Of a stretch of DNA of 34,932 bases, positions 16,352 through 23,324 are shown piece after piece. The number at the start of each line of letters is the position of its first letter. The first letter of the stretch is position 1. The DNA is from Nitrososphaerota archaeon (GTDB lineage Archaea; Thermoproteota; Nitrososphaeria; Nitrososphaerales; UBA57): NCBI GenBank assembly GCA_022572285.1, contig JACZWF010000002.1, forward strand, positions 1 to 34,932, in the 5' to 3' direction. The translations under genes and the position numbers were made by a program. The notes beneath the pieces were generated by a model. That model saw nothing but the letters and a program-made list of their open reading frames with translations, had not been told where the DNA came from and searched no databases.

Positions 16352-17297
16352 TTACACCACTGTCGAACTCTTCAAAGGCTCCTTCTATAATACTTTCCGA
16401 TATCGCTGATTGTTGGCTTGTGATGAATTGAGCTTCGAATTCCTGAGCGAATAACGGCCCTAAAGTCTTGGCCCTGTCTTCAATGAACTCTCTCGAGATG
16501 AGTTTGTCGAGAGCTACGTGATATGGATATTCACGTTTCCAGGCATTGACCTTTCCTTCTTCGACTTGACGGACTCTTCCATGGAACCATCCTCTCTGAC
16601 CCTTTGGAGTCGAGACGGCCCACAAGTCTCCGTTAGTGTTTGCAAGTCGACCGATTGCTGCTGCAAGAACCTCGTCGTCGTTAATGAGTCCATAATGGGC
16701 TGCTTCATCCAAGAAGACCGCAATCACTCGATACCAAGAACGCATTGAGGAAGCTGACCCGGGGACCTCGATGTATTCTGTTCCGTTTGTTAGTCGAAGT
16801 CTTGAGGAGGACCTATCGTCTTCTATGTATGTAGAGAGTCGGTCCGAATTGCGAAAGAGTTCATGGAGTCGACGCATGTTCTCGATTGATATCTCTTCCC
16901 TGTGACTACCCATTAAGATCTGATAGCCGGCGTAAGGTCCACCGGGGGCGCCGTTTTGAGCTAGGCCTCTGAGTATGGTTTCTGTGATTCCTATCTTGTT
17001 TGACTTTACGATTAGACCTTCGTGATACCTTCTCTGAGTCATGGTCTTCAGGATATCTAACTGGTATTGATAGAGACCTGTGGGTTTGTTCGTTAATGGG
17101 TGTATGGGGAGACCTATGGCTTCATTCCATATTCGAGGGTCCCTGGGGAGCTCTCCTGTCGATAGGAGTCGAGCCTTATGTGCTAATGCCTGAGCTAGTA
17201 ACTGCTTTGCTTCCAGCCTCGATTCGTTTAATGTCGGCAAGAGTTTCCCGTAACTCCTCCAAGTCTCTTTCCATTTCCATTTGAATGTTGCTGACAC
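16344..17297 (-). CDS. terL: terminase large subunit, N-terminal ATPase domain (separate ORF)
   Basis: Deviant Walker A KSNKIGIT (compare lambda gpA KSARVGYS), Walker B VIAVFLDEAAH, and the inter-domain linker block LFAQEFEAQF. The stop follows soon after. The start is GTG and overlaps terS by 122 nt. Confidence 0.8.
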   Translation of the reverse strand: MSATFKWKWKETWRSYGKLLPTLNESRLEAKQLLAQALAHKARLLSTGELPRDPRIWNEAIGLPIHPLTNKPTGLYQYQLDILKTMTQRRYHEGLIVKSNKIGITETILRGLAQNGAPGGPYAGYQILMGSHREEISIENMRRLHELFRNSDRLSTYIEDDRSSSRLRLTNGTEYIEVPGSASSMRSWYRVIAVFLDEAAHYGLINDDEVLAAAIGRLANTNGDLWAVSTPKGQRGWFHGRVRQVEEGKVNAWKREYPYHVALDKLISREFIEDRAKTLGPLFAQEFEAQFITSQQSAISESIIEGAFEEFDSGVIE

Positions 17298-17619
17298 CTG
17301 TTAGTCCTTCGAGGTCTGTCAACATCTTGTTTGCTCTGAGAGCTTGTTGATGCCACCTGACTTTGATCTCTCCGTCAGTCTTGCCATAGTTCTTCCAGGC
17401 TTCTCTAATTAGCTCGTAGATTGCTCCCACTCTGACGTATAGATTGTTGTGAGTTCGCTGTTCCCTGGTTTGATTCTCGCGATACCATTTACCTGCTTTG
17501 GTTCGAACTACTCGTAGATCGTTATCCACGGTCTTCTCTGAGATTTTGAGAGCTTTCGCCATCTGTCTGATAGTTGTTCCGCGATATAGTAGACCTTCAA
17601 TTTTTTCACGCCTGAGCAT
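17176..17619 (-). CDS. terS: terminase small subunit (HTH)
   Basis: 147 aa immediately upstream of terL, with the N-terminal HTH TTIRQMAKALKISEKTVDNDL and a helical C-terminal half. Confidence 0.55.
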   Translation of the reverse strand: MLRREKIEGLLYRGTTIRQMAKALKISEKTVDNDLRVVRTKAGKWYRENQTREQRTHNNLYVRVGAIYELIREAWKNYGKTDGEIKVRWHQQALRANKMLTDLEGLTGVSNIQMEMERDLEELRETLADIKRIEAGSKAVTSSGIST

Positions 17620-17734
17620 TACCGCTTCGGCTGTAGTAGATACTGGAGACTTCTTTCTCTTGGAGACCGTAATGGTTGAGAATTAACGAAGCCTAGATTT
17701 AAGTTATTTTGTCAAAAGAGTTTCGGGGTTCAGT

Positions 17735-17941
17735 TTAGTTTGTATGCTCTTCTTGGTTGTGTCTCATCATAACAAGTCCTCCTCCGCTAACGTTGTGCTC
17801 TTCACAGTAGAATAGACAAGCTCTCGTATGAAGGACTCTGCTCGGCCTGAGTGATGTTCTACCTTGATCTCTGACTAGCACTCGATGATATTTCTCCCAT
17901 TCTCTTGGAACTCTGATTCTTATTGAGATTGCAGGTGTCAT
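17735..17941 (-). CDS. C2H2-like zinc-finger miniprotein, paralog 3
   Basis: C-terminal sequence ACLFYCEEHNVSGGGLVMMRHNQEEH (C-x3-C-x14-H-x4-H). Confidence 0.6.
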   Translation of the reverse strand: MTPAISIRIRVPREWEKYHRVLVRDQGRTSLRPSRVLHTRACLFYCEEHNVSGGGLVMMRHNQEEHTN

Positions 17942-18102
17942 TATGCCCAGACCTTCTTTCTCTTCCTTGCTTCTTCCTTGTATCGTTCACATCGTTTGCT
18001 CTTACATTTCTGACAAGTCTCTGCCCCTTTAGTCATTTTTCCGTTGCATGTGGGACACTTGTCGTATAGGTAATCGTGTCGACTTTTGGTATTTAGCACC
18101 AT
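17941..18102 (-). CDS. zinc-ribbon miniprotein, 53 aa (not in track)
   Basis: MVLNTKSRHDYLYDKCPTCNGKMTKGAETCQKCKSKRCERYKEEARKRKKVWA*. TAATG overlap with the next gene. Confidence 0.5.
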   Translation of the reverse strand: MVLNTKSRHDYLYDKCPTCNGKMTKGAETCQKCKSKRCERYKEEARKRKKVWA

Positions 18103-18131
18103 TAGATTGAATTGGTTTAGCTAGCGCGCCT

Positions 18132-18341
18132 CTAATTGAGGTGTTCTTCCGATTGATGTTTTTTCATTTTCAGTATTGAAGTTTGGAATGTGGGATGTTT
18201 GTCGCATTGAAAGATACAACGGTTTGAATGTCTAGGAGACAGCCAACTAGAATACGTTCTCTTGTTATTGTCTTGATCATTGTCAATTGTCTTATCATGG
18301 AAGATCTCTTCTGCTCCTATGATTCTTAGGCTACCGGTCAT
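18132..18341 (-). CDS. C2H2-like zinc-finger miniprotein, paralog 2
   Basis: C-terminal sequence RCIFQCDKHPTFQTSILKMKKHQSEEH (C-x3-C-x15-H-x4-H). Confidence 0.6.
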   Translation of the reverse strand: MTGSLRIIGAEEIFHDKTIDNDQDNNKRTYSSWLSPRHSNRCIFQCDKHPTFQTSILKMKKHQSEEHLN

Positions 18342-18342
18342 T

Positions 18343-18555
18343 TCAATAGCTATGATCTTCTTTCAGATGCCCCAAAAAGACTCTTGCTCCTCCGCTTAGG
18401 CCCCATGGAGGATTATGCTCTTCGCAGAAGAAGAGGCAACCGCTTGTGTGCTGAATTGTATCTTCGATATTGTGGACGCTATGATACTTGGAGTCGAATA
18501 AAATCCTTTGTTCGTGATAAACTTCGTATTGACTACCAGCCTTTATGGCTCTCAA
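18343..18555 (-). CDS. C2H2-like zinc-finger miniprotein, paralog 1 (70 aa from TTG 18555; track start is 18627)
   Basis: C-terminal sequence GCLFFCEEHNPPWGLSGGARVFLGHLKEDH. The TTG start gives a TTGA overlap with the upstream zinc-ribbon ORF and a size matching the other paralogs. Confidence 0.55.
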   Translation of the reverse strand: MRAIKAGSQYEVYHEQRILFDSKYHSVHNIEDTIQHTSGCLFFCEEHNPPWGLSGGARVFLGHLKEDHSY

Positions 18556-18713
18556 GTTCCGTCGTATCTCACTACTATTGGCTTGAAAAGTTCTACTTCT
18601 TTTGTTTTGCTGTGAGTGAATCCGCATCTATGACAAAAACCTTCTATTAGAGAGCCATCCATTCTTTCGATTTCTAGGTATCGACCTGAACCGCAAGCCG
18701 GGCATTTCTTCAT
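18552..18713 (-). CDS. zinc-ribbon miniprotein, 53 aa (not in track)
   Basis: MKKCPACGSGRYLEIERMDGSLIEGFCHRCGFTHSKTKEVELFKPIVVRYDGT*. ATGA overlap upstream. Confidence 0.5.
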   Translation of the reverse strand: MKKCPACGSGRYLEIERMDGSLIEGFCHRCGFTHSKTKEVELFKPIVVRYDGT

Positions 18714-18862
18714 ATTAGTAATTGAGTGTCACAGGTGTTGCATAGGATTACAGTTCTATCCCCATGATTGAAGACTCTATAATGTTCTCTGTTAATCTCA
18801 TTCTCATGGTTATGTTCTTTCACGAAGTCGAATAATCGCACCTGATAGATTGTTTTTATCAT
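18710..18862 (-). CDS. His/Cys miniprotein, 50 aa (not in track)
   Basis: MIKTIYQVRLFDFVKEHNHENEINREHYRVFNHGDRTVILCNTCDTQLLI*. ATGA overlaps at both ends. Confidence 0.45.
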   Translation of the reverse strand: MIKTIYQVRLFDFVKEHNHENEINREHYRVFNHGDRTVILCNTCDTQLLI

Positions 18863-19020
18863 TGTGGATTTCCTACTTCAAGAAGTCGTGCCGGTGTATA
18901 ATCGCAGACGCAATGATCCCATATTAGGGGACCGAATGAGTTTTCGGCATATCCCGAGTCTGGATTGTATCCCCGGGGTTGTCTTAGCTTACAATGTAAA
19001 TGACAGATGTGCTCACTCAT
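18859..19020 (-). CDS. Cys/His miniprotein, 53 aa (not in track)
   Basis: MSEHICHLHCKLRQPRGYNPDSGYAENSFGPLIWDHCVCDYTPARLLEVGNPQ*. ATGA overlaps at both ends. Confidence 0.45.
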   Translation of the reverse strand: MSEHICHLHCKLRQPRGYNPDSGYAENSFGPLIWDHCVCDYTPARLLEVGNPQ

Positions 19021-19145
19021 CCTACTCGCTTCCTAGTTCTTGGATTCCAAATACGACCACATGAAGGACAAGCTACTTCGGTATATTCCACATTGGTTTT
19101 TGTAATGAATCCATCGTATGGGCATGGGATATCGCCAAATGTCAA
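19017..19145 (-). CDS. zinc-ribbon miniprotein, 42 aa, TTG start (not in track)
   Basis: (L)TFGDIPCPYDGFITKTNVEYTEVACPSCGRIWNPRTRKRVG*. TTGA overlap with the upstream stop. Confidence 0.4.
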   Translation of the reverse strand: MTFGDIPCPYDGFITKTNVEYTEVACPSCGRIWNPRTRKRVG

Positions 19146-19327
19146 CCCAAATCTACCCGATCCCCTAGAGTGGAATTAATTTTGTCTCTGATTTCCAATA
19201 GTTCATCTTCAGTTAGCATTGATATTCTAGTGGTGCTTTCTACCGATTCATCTGCTATTGTTATGACTAGAGTGAATATATGCGAAACCATTCTGCCAGT
19301 TTTATCTTCATCGATTTCGAATTTCAT
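19142..19327 (-). CDS. hypothetical acidic protein, 61 aa
   Basis: The ATG overlaps the stop of the MazG-like gene. No family recognised. Confidence 0.45.
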   Translation of the reverse strand: MKFEIDEDKTGRMVSHIFTLVITIADESVESTTRISMLTEDELLEIRDKINSTLGDRVDLG

Positions 19328-19689
19328 TTTGATCTGCCCAAGTCTCGGGGTAGACCACCGAAGGCCCTATTCTCAATCTTCGTTAAGCACTTCTCCATAC
19401 CTTCGATGATTTGCTCGTTACTGGCTCCGAGAAGGAACATTGCCGTAAAGGTGCTATACATGATATCCCAACCTTCATCCAAGAATCCAGCCATTTCGTC
19501 GCGCTTGAGTCCATGGATCGGAGTCATTATTTCTAGGGCTTTCATGGCTCTAATATCTTCGAAGAATTCTGAGGCTTCGCTATGGATGTGAGCTATTTGG
19601 CTTCCCATTAATTGAAAGGGTCTTCCGACATGTAACTTTTGATGGACTACTCGAAGGTCGTCAAGTAGTTCGTTGAGTCCCTTAGTCAT
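19324..19689 (-). CDS. MazG-like all-alpha nucleotide pyrophosphohydrolase
   Basis: HIHSEASEFFEDIR (an ExxE-type block) and LDEGWDIMYSTFTAMFLLG...KCLTKIENR resemble phage MazG proteins. Confidence 0.45.
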   Translation of the reverse strand: MTKGLNELLDDLRVVHQKLHVGRPFQLMGSQIAHIHSEASEFFEDIRAMKALEIMTPIHGLKRDEMAGFLDEGWDIMYSTFTAMFLLGASNEQIIEGMEKCLTKIENRAFGGLPRDLGRSK

Positions 19690-19819
19690 TGCTTTTGACG
19701 CCTACCGCATGAGATTCGCCACAATGAAACATTCTCACATCACCTGCACAATGAAGATGTTCACTAAGCCTTTCTTGACAACAGGTGCATCCTTCGCAAA
19801 AGTCAAAATATTTAGTCAT
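19682..19819 (-). CDS. Cys-rich miniprotein, 45 aa (not in track)
   Basis: MTKYFDFCEGCTCCQERLSEHLHCAGDVRMFHCGESHAVGVKSND*. AAGGAGAAG lies upstream. Confidence 0.45.
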   Translation of the reverse strand: MTKYFDFCEGCTCCQERLSEHLHCAGDVRMFHCGESHAVGVKSND

Positions 19820-19853
19820 TTCTTCTCCTTTCGGTTTTTGAGTTCTTTTTCAA
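19812..19853 (-). CDS. possible 13-codon leader micro-ORF (TTG) abutting the promoter motif
   Basis: GGTGTATTGGA-TTG AAA AAG AAC TCA AAA ACC GAA AGG AGA AGA AAT GAC TAA. Its end overlaps the ATG at 19819. Confidence 0.25.
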   Translation of the reverse strand: MKKNSKTERRRND

Positions 19854-19854
19854 T

Positions 19855-19895
19855 CCAATACACCGTCTGCATGAGAAAGTTGCTGATTAATATAT
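19855..19895 (-). promoter_or_regulatory. promoter-like module D: A/T box + invariant GGTGTATTGG
   Basis: Minus-strand reading: AAAAAATAACATATATTAAT, 21 nt, GGTGTATTGG(ATTG). It lies directly after the C5-MTase stop. Confidence 0.6.
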
Positions 19896-19903
19896 GTTAT
19901 TTT

Positions 19904-20500
19904 TTAGCTCGCCTCGGTTACCAGGTGTATTGTATCTCTGATTATGCAGGCGATTGGATAAGGGATTTTCGCTCTCAATTTACTCGCTTCGTCAAAACCG
20001 AATTTCATATATTCTGGCGCTTCCATTCTCTTGTGTGAGATATAGTGTGGTGTTAGACCGATGGGGATGTTACCCCATAAGAGCCGGTGTCCTCTGACTG
20101 ACATCATAAAGTGCCAAATGGGTTTCCTTGGATAGAATTTGCTCAGACGTTTGACATTCTCCATGGCCCAATATTTGGGATTTGCTTCTTTGATTATCCT
20201 GTTGAATTCATCGACAAGTCTCATTCCTCTAGCGGGGTTTGGTGGTTTGCGTCCATGTCTGCTCTTATTCGCTTGGGATGCAGTCGTGAAGTCTGTGCAT
20301 GGTGGGGAGCCAATGATTAGATCGAAGCCTTGGAATTTGCAACCGTCGAGAGTCTTAATGTCTTGAATAATCAGTTCTCCAGGGTAGCCTTGATTTTTGA
20401 TATCGATACCGACAACTTCGTCACCATCTTCTATGAATGGAATACTCCATCCTCCCATTCCGCAAAATAGATCTAGGACCCTAAGTTGACTGGTTGTCAT
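19904..20500 (-). CDS. miniature DNA (cytosine-5) methyltransferase (~198 aa)
   Basis: Motif I VLDLFCGMGGWS, motif IV GSPPCTDFT (catalytic Cys present, T where Q is usual), motif VI AMENV, and a motif X-like IPYPIACII. There is very little room for a target-recognition domain. ATG 20500 lies inside the last codons of DUF488. Confidence 0.75.
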   Translation of the reverse strand: MTTSQLRVLDLFCGMGGWSIPFIEDGDEVVGIDIKNQGYPGELIIQDIKTLDGCKFQGFDLIIGSPPCTDFTTASQANKSRHGRKPPNPARGMRLVDEFNRIIKEANPKYWAMENVKRLSKFYPRKPIWHFMMSVRGHRLLWGNIPIGLTPHYISHKRMEAPEYMKFGFDEASKLRAKIPYPIACIIRDTIHLVTEAS

Positions 20501-20945
20501 ACTCGCGCGCAATCAAGTGAAATCCCGCCTGGTTGTGATTTGTAACTTCTTCGCCTCGGGGTAGTGGGAAGAGATGTTCTACGGTTTCGCCCAGTTTCAT
20601 CAGGTCTGGAGTGATCCATTGACCTCGGTGACACTCTTCAGGCTTTCTCTCGAGACACATGAAGGCGATATTGATGTGTTCGTCAGGGTATTCCATTACT
20701 TGAAGTGAGTGAAGAGCCTTTGCATATTCAGGTCCTCTTTCTCCAGTTTTTCCCCCAAGTCTTGGATCGTGAATGTATGAGATTCCATGATGGATAAGCG
20801 AATCTCTGAGGTATGCCTTATTGAAGTATTTGACCCGAGATCTTGGGATAGTTCTGACATCAACAAGAGTCGCTATGTCCCTGTCTTTCAGGACTTTGAT
20901 GAAGTTCGGGAGGGAAGTAAGCGAATAGCCAATGCTATAAAACAT
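20481..20945 (-). CDS. DUF488-family protein
   Basis: MFYSIGYS..., LVDVRTIPRSR, ISYIHDPRLGG and FMCLERKPEECHRG match the DUF488 pattern. The start is taken at ATG 20945 (TAATG overlap); the track start is GTG 20954. Confidence 0.75.
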   Translation of the reverse strand: MFYSIGYSLTSLPNFIKVLKDRDIATLVDVRTIPRSRVKYFNKAYLRDSLIHHGISYIHDPRLGGKTGERGPEYAKALHSLQVMEYPDEHINIAFMCLERKPEECHRGQWITPDLMKLGETVEHLFPLPRGEEVTNHNQAGFHLIAREYDNQST

Positions 20946-21067
20946 TAGAGCCACTTTTCCAGATAGATAGTCCCGTTCCGATTCTCAACCCGGTAGCCCT
21001 CACCACATAGAAGGCACTCGGCAGTTGTTGAGTTTGCTTCTATTGATATTGAGCTGTGGCTACACAT
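20945..21067 (-). CDS. miniprotein, 40 aa (not in track)
   Basis: MCSHSSISIEANSTTAECLLCGEGYRVENRNGTIYLEKWL*. It overlaps both neighbours. Confidence 0.35.
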   Translation of the reverse strand: MCSHSSISIEANSTTAECLLCGEGYRVENRNGTIYLEKWL

Positions 21068-21170
21068 TCCTAATCTCATCCCTCTTAAGAGAATTTAGTT
21101 TCCGTTCAGCTAGCCATAACTGCGCCTTCAGGATTCCATCTCGTTGTAGTAACTTTTCAATTCGTTTCAT
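21060..21170 (-). CDS. helical miniprotein, 36 aa, first ORF of operon A (not in track)
   Basis: GGTGTATTGG-ATG: MKRIEKLLQRDGILKAQLWLAERKLNSLKRDEIRNV*. Confidence 0.4.
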   Translation of the reverse strand: MKRIEKLLQRDGILKAQLWLAERKLNSLKRDEIRNV

Positions 21171-21211
21171 CCAATACACCAAGTTAGTATTAACTCAGGG
21201 TGTTTATATAA
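21171..21211 (-). promoter_or_regulatory. promoter-like module A: A/T box + invariant GGTGTATTGG
   Basis: Minus-strand reading: AAAACATAAGTTATATAA, 23 nt (containing CCTGAGTTAA), GGTGTATTGG-ATG. Confidence 0.6.
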
Positions 21212-21236
21212 CTTATGTTTTACCTAAAGTATCACT

Positions 21237-21710
21237 TTAGGGATTTGTTATTATGGCTCTAAAGGTGATTTCACCTGTAAAGTCAAAGAAGCTCAGCTCG
21301 GGGTCAACGGGGGCAATTACGAAAACAATCACTTGTGCAAGTAAACCAGTATTCGCGCTGATAATCCGTTCGTCGCCTTCGAGCCAATCTACATCATTAA
21401 TGCGCAGGATCGCACTTGCAGGTAAGAGATTGCTGGGGTTTGCGTTTGCCAAGTCCCAGATTATAGAGAGGTCTCGTGTAGTAGGATTCTCGATTATGAT
21501 ATCATATGTGATAGCGTCGCCCCCTCCAACGATACCGATACTCTGTAGTTCAGGGGTTACATTCAATGTGATTTCAGAGTAGGTTCCAGTGAACCTGATC
21601 TTCGCAACTGTTACCTGAGTAGTGAATTGTGAGTAGGCAGATCCTATGAAGAATATTATCAGGATTGGTATGATTATCCAAACGAAGAGATTTACTGGAT
21701 CCCGTTTCAT
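21237..21710 (-). CDS. secreted or membrane-anchored beta-sandwich-like protein, 157 aa
   Basis: N-terminal hydrophobic helix NLFVWIIIPILIIFFIGSAYSQ, followed by a beta-rich domain. It is the last gene of operon B. Confidence 0.55.
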   Translation of the reverse strand: MKRDPVNLFVWIIIPILIIFFIGSAYSQFTTQVTVAKIRFTGTYSEITLNVTPELQSIGIVGGGDAITYDIIIENPTTRDLSIIWDLANANPSNLLPASAILRINDVDWLEGDERIISANTGLLAQVIVFVIAPVDPELSFFDFTGEITFRAIITNP

Positions 21711-21717
21711 GGTATGT

Positions 21718-22089
21718 TTAATCCAGTTTAACCAGGTCGTGTATTTGAACTTGTTTTTGATTCAGGCCCCAATCGTCCGTTCCGTCGGTAGCCTGGAGTA
21801 TTGTATTGATTGAAGTGACATAGGTTCCCTTTCCTGATTCGCCAAAGTCCACGTAGAATTTGACGACTGTTGCTCCCTTCTTTTGGGCGTCGATTATGCA
21901 ACTCTCAGTTATCGAGAGAGTGGGACATTCACCTTTCTTTTTGTGCAGAGGACACCATACGTTTCGTAGGATCAGCGTATTGTATCGTTTGACCTCGAAA
22001 GTGTTAGTGGTGCGGTCTGCTGTGACTTCTCCAACTCTTCGCTTCTTGGTTGCGTCCTTTGGGTGTTGAAGCCATATTTGGATTCCCAT
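21718..22089 (-). CDS. hypothetical protein, 123 aa
   Basis: ATG ORF with a TAATG overlap upstream. No family recognised. Confidence 0.5.
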   Translation of the reverse strand: MGIQIWLQHPKDATKKRRVGEVTADRTTNTFEVKRYNTLILRNVWCPLHKKKGECPTLSITESCIIDAQKKGATVVKFYVDFGESGKGTYVTSINTILQATDGTDDWGLNQKQVQIHDLVKLD

Positions 22090-22256
22090 TAGGCTTCTTC
22101 TCGATAGACTAGCAAGTTATTGCATTTTGGGCATCGTGTTGGTCTCTGGTTGTTCTCTCTGGGTTTCCAGATGTGACCGCACTCTTTATGATTGAAGATA
22201 AGGGTGGTTCCTACATGCCCAATTTCGACGGGACCGCTACTCTTTGGCTTGGGCAT
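22089..22256 (-). CDS. zinc-ribbon miniprotein, 55 aa (not in track)
   Basis: MPKPKSSGPVEIGHVGTTLIFNHKECGHIWKPRENNQRPTRCPKCNNLLVYREEA*. Confidence 0.45.
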   Translation of the reverse strand: MPKPKSSGPVEIGHVGTTLIFNHKECGHIWKPRENNQRPTRCPKCNNLLVYREEA

Positions 22257-22523
22257 CTATCGTTCTATCCCCTTTTGAACGAGTTCGCCTATGGTTGAGT
22301 GGACTAGATAGAAGGCTTCGACCATTCCTCCTTTCACATCGTCCTTTTCGAAGACTCTGAATTCAACGGCAAGCATGACTCCAGATATTGTTGCTGAGGA
22401 TTTTACTAGGTAACGGCCCTGTTTGTATTGTTCCTGACCTTGCTTCTTTTTCTTTGGGCAATCATGTCCGAAGTTGGCTGCATAACGTGTTCCGCAGTCG
22501 TCGCATTTCTTCTCGTCTACCAT
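22257..22523 (-). CDS. hypothetical protein with N-terminal zinc knuckle, 88 aa
   Basis: KKCDDCGTRYAANFGHDCPKKKK. Confidence 0.5.
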   Translation of the reverse strand: MVDEKKCDDCGTRYAANFGHDCPKKKKQGQEQYKQGRYLVKSSATISGVMLAVEFRVFEKDDVKGGMVEAFYLVHSTIGELVQKGIER

Positions 22524-22871
22524 TTAGCTGACCTCGAATATTCCATCTGGATGAATTGCGCACCATGAAAGAAGGATGGAAAGAGCGTATCCGACATTAC
22601 CTTCTGAGGCTTCCCAATAGTCGTCGACTCTCTCGGTTCCGAGCTCCTTCACCGCTTTTCTTAAAGTCTCTTCGACATCTCGCGCCTTCTTTCCGTTGAG
22701 TTGTTTAAGTCCTTCCTCTGGAGAGTATTTCCAAATATGCTTACTGTAATTGTAGGTTACATTTAGCCAGGCGTCCGTTGTTCCACCTATCATTTGAGTT
22801 CCTCCTTCTTGATGATTTGGAACCTCTAGGCTTTCTCCAGTAGCCGACCGTAAATAGACATCGTGACTCAT
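22524..22871 (-). CDS. hypothetical protein, 115 aa
   Basis: ATG ORF. No family recognised. Confidence 0.5.
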   Translation of the reverse strand: MSHDVYLRSATGESLEVPNHQEGGTQMIGGTTDAWLNVTYNYSKHIWKYSPEEGLKQLNGKKARDVEETLRKAVKELGTERVDDYWEASEGNVGYALSILLSWCAIHPDGIFEVS

Positions 22872-22876
22872 TTCAA

Positions 22877-22963
22877 TCAGTCTCTCCTGTTATAGCATGT
22901 CAGGCATACGCTTAGGTAGGATTTGGTGATCTTGCGACCGCAGTTTGGGCAGAGTCGAGCCAT
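22877..22963 (-). CDS. zinc-ribbon micro-protein, 28 aa (not in track)
   Basis: MARLCPNCGRKITKSYLSVCLTCYNRRD*. TAATG overlap upstream. Confidence 0.35.
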   Translation of the reverse strand: MARLCPNCGRKITKSYLSVCLTCYNRRD

Positions 22964-23181
22964 TAGTCCACATCCGTTGATATGGCTGGTGTCGCTGTGT
23001 TCTCTCCATAAACTCGATGAATGTGACTTGTGAATTCATCTTGGCTTCGTGCTAGTCGTTCTTCCAGAAGTTGAATTCGATTTGAATGTTTCTCTACGAG
23101 TGATAAGAGTGTCTTGATTTGTAGTTCGGATAGTTCGTAATTCTTTTCTATCTTTTGAAGTCGCAATTCTAAATACGACAT
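22963..23181 (-). CDS. coiled-coil protein, 72 aa
   Basis: Heptad-rich sequence LRLQKIEKNYELSELQIKTLLSLVEKHSNRIQLLEERL. Confidence 0.5.
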   Translation of the reverse strand: MSYLELRLQKIEKNYELSELQIKTLLSLVEKHSNRIQLLEERLARSQDEFTSHIHRVYGENTATPAISTDVD

Positions 23182-23324
23182 TATAGTTTATTCCACGTTC
23201 CATCTTCGTTTAGCTGGATCAGCATTCCTTCTTCGAGGCCGTCTATTCCCTCAGAGTCCATAGTGCTATATTCCTCGTTGACCGTCGCACTCACCCACCG
23301 CGCGCGGTCTTCATTCATCTCCAT
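23181..23324 (-). CDS. acidic miniprotein, 47 aa (not in track)
   Basis: MEMNEDRARWVSATVNEEYSTMDSEGIDGLEEGMLIQLNEDGTWNKL*. Confidence 0.35.
   Translation of the reverse strand: MEMNEDRARWVSATVNEEYSTMDSEGIDGLEEGMLIQLNEDGTWNKL

Noticed and set aside
14101-18129. GC-rich palindromic 10-mer GCTAGCGCGC directly after two stop codons (14101-14110, 18120-18129), plus seven GCGCGC sites overall
   Set aside because: By my estimate, a pair of identical 10-mers is expected many times by chance in 35 kb. Seven GCGCGC sites are close to the roughly 4-5 expected at this base composition. There is no stem-loop or U-tract to support a terminator.
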